Below are positions 61,361 through 64,000 of a DNA stretch of 64,000 bases, piece after piece. The DNA is taken from positions 1,221 through 65,220 of the forward strand of contig CAYYHM010000007.1 in assembly GCA_964471795.1 (NCBI GenBank), written 5' to 3'. The stretch's first letter is position 1. The number at the start of each line of letters is the position of its first letter. A program made the translations under genes and the position numbers. The notes under the pieces were generated by a model, which saw nothing but the letters and a program-made list of their open reading frames with translations, was not told the origin of the DNA and ran no database searches. The stretch is from an uncultured Chitinophagales bacterium. Lineage in GTDB: Bacteria > Bacteroidota > Bacteroidia > Chitinophagales > S012-47.

Positions 61361-62875
61361 TTACTGTGCCAGTTGCTGCAGGCCTTTCTCCAGTCGCTGC
61401 AGACATTCTTGCTGACCCAAAACCTCCATGGTATCGAATAGTCCGGGGCCACCACCCATACCGGTAAGTAACAGGCGAAGTGGAGCCATCCCGGATTTCA
61501 GACCCAGTCCTTTCCCTTCCAGGTATTGCTTGAAAGTAGCTTCCAGCTCAGCAGCACGCCACTCCTGTTGCCGGAAGGCAGCCATAAGGTCTGTGACGAT
61601 GCCCGGCGATTCATCCGCTTTCCACATCTTCTTCACCAGCTCTTTATCAAGCGTTTCCGGTGCTGTGAAGAAGAAAGCCCCTTGCACCGGTATGTCTTTT
61701 ACAAAGGTACACCGCTCCTTCATGAGGTCGCAGATGCGGCTAAGCTGTTGGTGATTATACTTGGTTTCGATGAAATCCTGCAGTTGGTAAGCCAATACAC
61801 TTCCATCCCGCTTATGCAGGTATTGTGCGTTGAACCACTTAGCCTTGTCAGGGTCGAATCGGGCGCCCGACTTACCCACGCGGTCCAGTGAGAACACGGC
61901 AGCCAACTCATCCAGTGAAAATAGTTCCTGCTCAGAGCCCGGGTTCCATCCCAGTAGTGCCAGCATGTTGATGAAGGCGTCAGGGAAGTAGCCGTCTTCA
62001 CGGTAGCCGCTGGATATTTCGCCACTCTCCGGATCTTGCCATTGCAGTGGGAATACAGGGAATCCCAGCCTGTCGCCATCGCGCTTGCTGAGCTTACCCT
62101 TGCCTTCAGGCTTCAGGATGAGGGGCAGGTGGGCAAATTCAGGCATCGACCACCCGAACGATTGATACAGGAATACGTGTAATGGGGTAGAGGGGAGCCA
62201 CTCTTCACCGCGGATCACATGGCTGATTTGCATCAGGTAGTCATCCACCACATTGGCCAGGTGATAGGTGGGCATGCCATCGGATTTATACAGCACCTTG
62301 TCGTCCAGCTCCGAAGCCTGAAACGATACCTCGCCACGGATAGCGTCAGTAAACGAGATGGTTTCATCGGCCGGCAGCATTGCTCGGATTACGTATGCGT
62401 CGCCCGCAGCAATCCGGTCCTGCACCTCCTGATGTGTCATCGTTAGTGCATTACGCATGCCGGTGCGGGTGTGGCTGTCATATTTCGGGGTGTGGTCACC
62501 GGCCAGCTTGCGCTCCTCCCGCCATGCATCCAGTTCTTCGGGCGTGTCAAATGCATAGTAGGCCTTACCCACCGATACCAGTTCTTCTGCATACTGCCGG
62601 TAGATGGCTTTGCGTTCACTCTGTCGGTAGGGACCATAAGTGCCGCCTTCCTGAATGCCCTCATCAATAGTGAGACCGGCCCAGCGTAAGGAGTCAATGA
62701 TGTATTGTTCGGCTCCGGGCACATAGCGCGTCTGGTCGGTATCTTCGATTCTGAGGATGAAAGTGCCCTTGTGTCTGCGGGCAAACAGGTAGTTATACAG
62801 AGCTGTTCTAACGCCCCCAATGTGCAGTGGGCCTGTAGGACTAGGCGCAAATCGAACCCTTACCGGACGAGTCAT
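61361..62875 (-). CDS. gltX: Glutamate--tRNA ligase
   Basis: 504 aa. RFAPSPTGPLHIGGVRTALYNYLFA and KLSKRDG. Confidence 0.93.
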   Translation of the reverse strand: MTRPVRVRFAPSPTGPLHIGGVRTALYNYLFARRHKGTFILRIEDTDQTRYVPGAEQYIIDSLRWAGLTIDEGIQEGGTYGPYRQSERKAIYRQYAEELVSVGKAYYAFDTPEELDAWREERKLAGDHTPKYDSHTRTGMRNALTMTHQEVQDRIAAGDAYVIRAMLPADETISFTDAIRGEVSFQASELDDKVLYKSDGMPTYHLANVVDDYLMQISHVIRGEEWLPSTPLHVFLYQSFGWSMPEFAHLPLILKPEGKGKLSKRDGDRLGFPVFPLQWQDPESGEISSGYREDGYFPDAFINMLALLGWNPGSEQELFSLDELAAVFSLDRVGKSGARFDPDKAKWFNAQYLHKRDGSVLAYQLQDFIETKYNHQQLSRICDLMKERCTFVKDIPVQGAFFFTAPETLDKELVKKMWKADESPGIVTDLMAAFRQQEWRAAELEATFKQYLEGKGLGLKSGMAPLRLLLTGMGGGPGLFDTMEVLGQQECLQRLEKGLQQLAQ

Positions 62876-63007
62876 TCTCTTTGGATTTTAGTGAATCAGA
62901 ACTGCAAAGCTATAAAAACACGAAGCCCTTACTTTGCTAAAATTGCTATATTCATCGCCCGTTGTTTGCATGATTACCCGATTACACCACCCACAAAAGC
63001 CGACCGC

Positions 63008-63643
63008 ATGTACTTTGTCAATATGTATTTGACTAAGACTACCTCGATAATCAAGCAATTCTATCGTGATTATGTGTGGTCCATCGATACGAAGCAGAAG
63101 GAGCTGTTTCTGACGTTCGATGATGGGCCGCATCCTGAGATAACTCCGTTTGTGTTAGATACCCTTGCCGAATATGGCGCTAAGGCTACATTCTTCTGCA
63201 TAGGCAAGAACATCGAAGCACACCCTCACGTGTTTCAGCGCATCCTTCAAGAAGGACATGCTGTAGGCAACCACACCTACAATCACCTCAACGGCTGGGA
63301 AACCGGCAATATGCAGTACTGGCGCAACGTGTTGCAGACGGAGCGATTGATGACCTCTAATCTGTTCCGCCCGCCGTACGGGAAAATCAGGCGGTCGCAG
63401 GCAAAAGCGCTGAAGAGCAGGTACCACCTGGTGATGTGGGATGTGCTTACGTGGGATTTTCAGCAGGACAATTCCCCGGAGCAGGTGCTTAACAATGCTG
63501 TCAACCATGCCGAGCAGGGAAGCATCATCGTGTTCCACGACAGTGAGAAGGCCTGGAACAACATGTCGTATGCGTTGCCTCGGGTGTTGCGTCACTTTAC
63601 CGAAAAAGGGTACTCCTTTCCGGCGATTCAACTGGCTCGATAA
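63008..63643 (+). CDS. Polysaccharide deacetylase (NodB homology domain) family protein
   Basis: LTFDDGPHPEITPFVLDTLAEYGAKATFFCIG and HAVGNHTYNH motifs. The start is set at ATG 63008 (or 63023), because the track start 62705 overlaps gltX. Confidence 0.85.
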   Translation: MYFVNMYLTKTTSIIKQFYRDYVWSIDTKQKELFLTFDDGPHPEITPFVLDTLAEYGAKATFFCIGKNIEAHPHVFQRILQEGHAVGNHTYNHLNGWETGNMQYWRNVLQTERLMTSNLFRPPYGKIRRSQAKALKSRYHLVMWDVLTWDFQQDNSPEQVLNNAVNHAEQGSIIVFHDSEKAWNNMSYALPRVLRHFTEKGYSFPAIQLAR

Positions 63644-63658
63644 GCTACCTTTGCCCCC

Positions 63659-64000
63659 ATGTTAGCGGATACGCATGCTCATTTGTATGCTGCAGAGTTT
63701 GCAGAAGATCGTGATGCCATGATGGCGAGGGCGCTGGAGGCTGGTGTGGATTATTTCTTTTTGCCAAACATCGACGGCGGGTCTATTCAGGGAATGCACG
63801 CACTGTCGGCAGCATTTCCGGGAAAGGTATTTTCGATGATGGGGTTGCATCCATGCTACGTAAAGGAGGACTACCTCATAGTGCTCGACGAGATGGAAGC
63901 ATTGCTGTCGGAAAGGGGCTATGTAGGCATTGGGGAGACGGGATTGGATTACTATTGGGATACTACCTTCAAAGAAGCGCAACAGGTATCGCTGAAGCGC
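63659..64000 (+). CDS. TatD-family metal-dependent hydrolase (partial, runs off the window)
   Basis: Absent from the ORF track because there is no stop in the window. My translation from ATG 63659 reads MLADTHAHLYAAEFAEDRDAMMARALEAGVDYFFLPNIDGG...GIGETGLDYYW. DTHAHL and GE(T/I)GLD are TatD motifs. Confidence 0.85.
   Translation, partial: MLADTHAHLYAAEFAEDRDAMMARALEAGVDYFFLPNIDGGSIQGMHALSAAFPGKVFSMMGLHPCYVKEDYLIVLDEMEALLSERGYVGIGETGLDYYWDTTFKEAQQVSLKR

Noticed and set aside
62705-63007. The long 5' extension of the deacetylase ORF (track start 62705)
   Set aside because: It overlaps the gltX coding region on the opposite strand and the intergenic region. The NodB-domain homology starts only after ATG 63008.
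63662-63982. A 106-aa minus-strand ORF at the window end
   Set aside because: It is antisense to the + strand TatD-family frame (DTHAHL, GETGLD motifs), which runs off the window.

Overview
This 64-kb window looks like a Bacteroidota-type chromosome. The evidence is many T9SS C-terminal sorting domains, lipobox lipoproteins and TAnnTTTG-type promoter boxes. Backbone GC is about 55-57%, judged from sampled lines only.

Backbone genes:
- A ligase-associated DNA-damage-response set: Lhr-like DEXH helicase (partial), ATP-dependent DNA ligase and MBL-fold exonuclease.
- An alpha/beta hydrolase, a polyprenyl synthase, a TolC + membrane-fusion pair, tadA, an Fe/Mn SOD, an arylsulfotransferase-like lipoprotein and a lipocalin.
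- fumC, a crotonase, methylmalonyl-CoA mutase small and large subunits, and meaB located 13 kb away from them.
- A SAM methyltransferase, pnuC plus a NadR-type kinase, glnS, gltX, a polysaccharide deacetylase and tatD (partial).

The dominant feature is a 14.7-kb gene (7064-21766) for a 4900-aa T9SS-secreted mosaic protein with FG-GAP propellers, a LamG domain and an Fn3 array.

Four low-GC segments (about 33-40% in sampled lines) encode only secreted proteins, lipoproteins or T9SS cargo, with no recombinase: 1.7-3.7 kb, 21.8-25.9 kb, 36.3-39.3 kb and 45.1-54.9 kb. Three of them are bracketed by direct repeats:
- an 83-bp copy of the giant gene's 3' end plus terminator;
- a decayed copy of the fumC 3' end plus terminator;
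- a 79-bp double-hairpin element.

Other non-coding structure:
- a conserved leader found 5' of three unrelated small secreted-protein genes;
- heptamer microsatellite arrays around a GGCAGGCAGGC core, upstream of housekeeping genes;
- a 3 x ~150-bp tandem repeat;
- a G12 tract abutting a candidate promoter.

No rRNA, tRNA, CRISPR array, transposase or integrase was recognised. All homology calls come from motif recognition by eye; no database searches were run.
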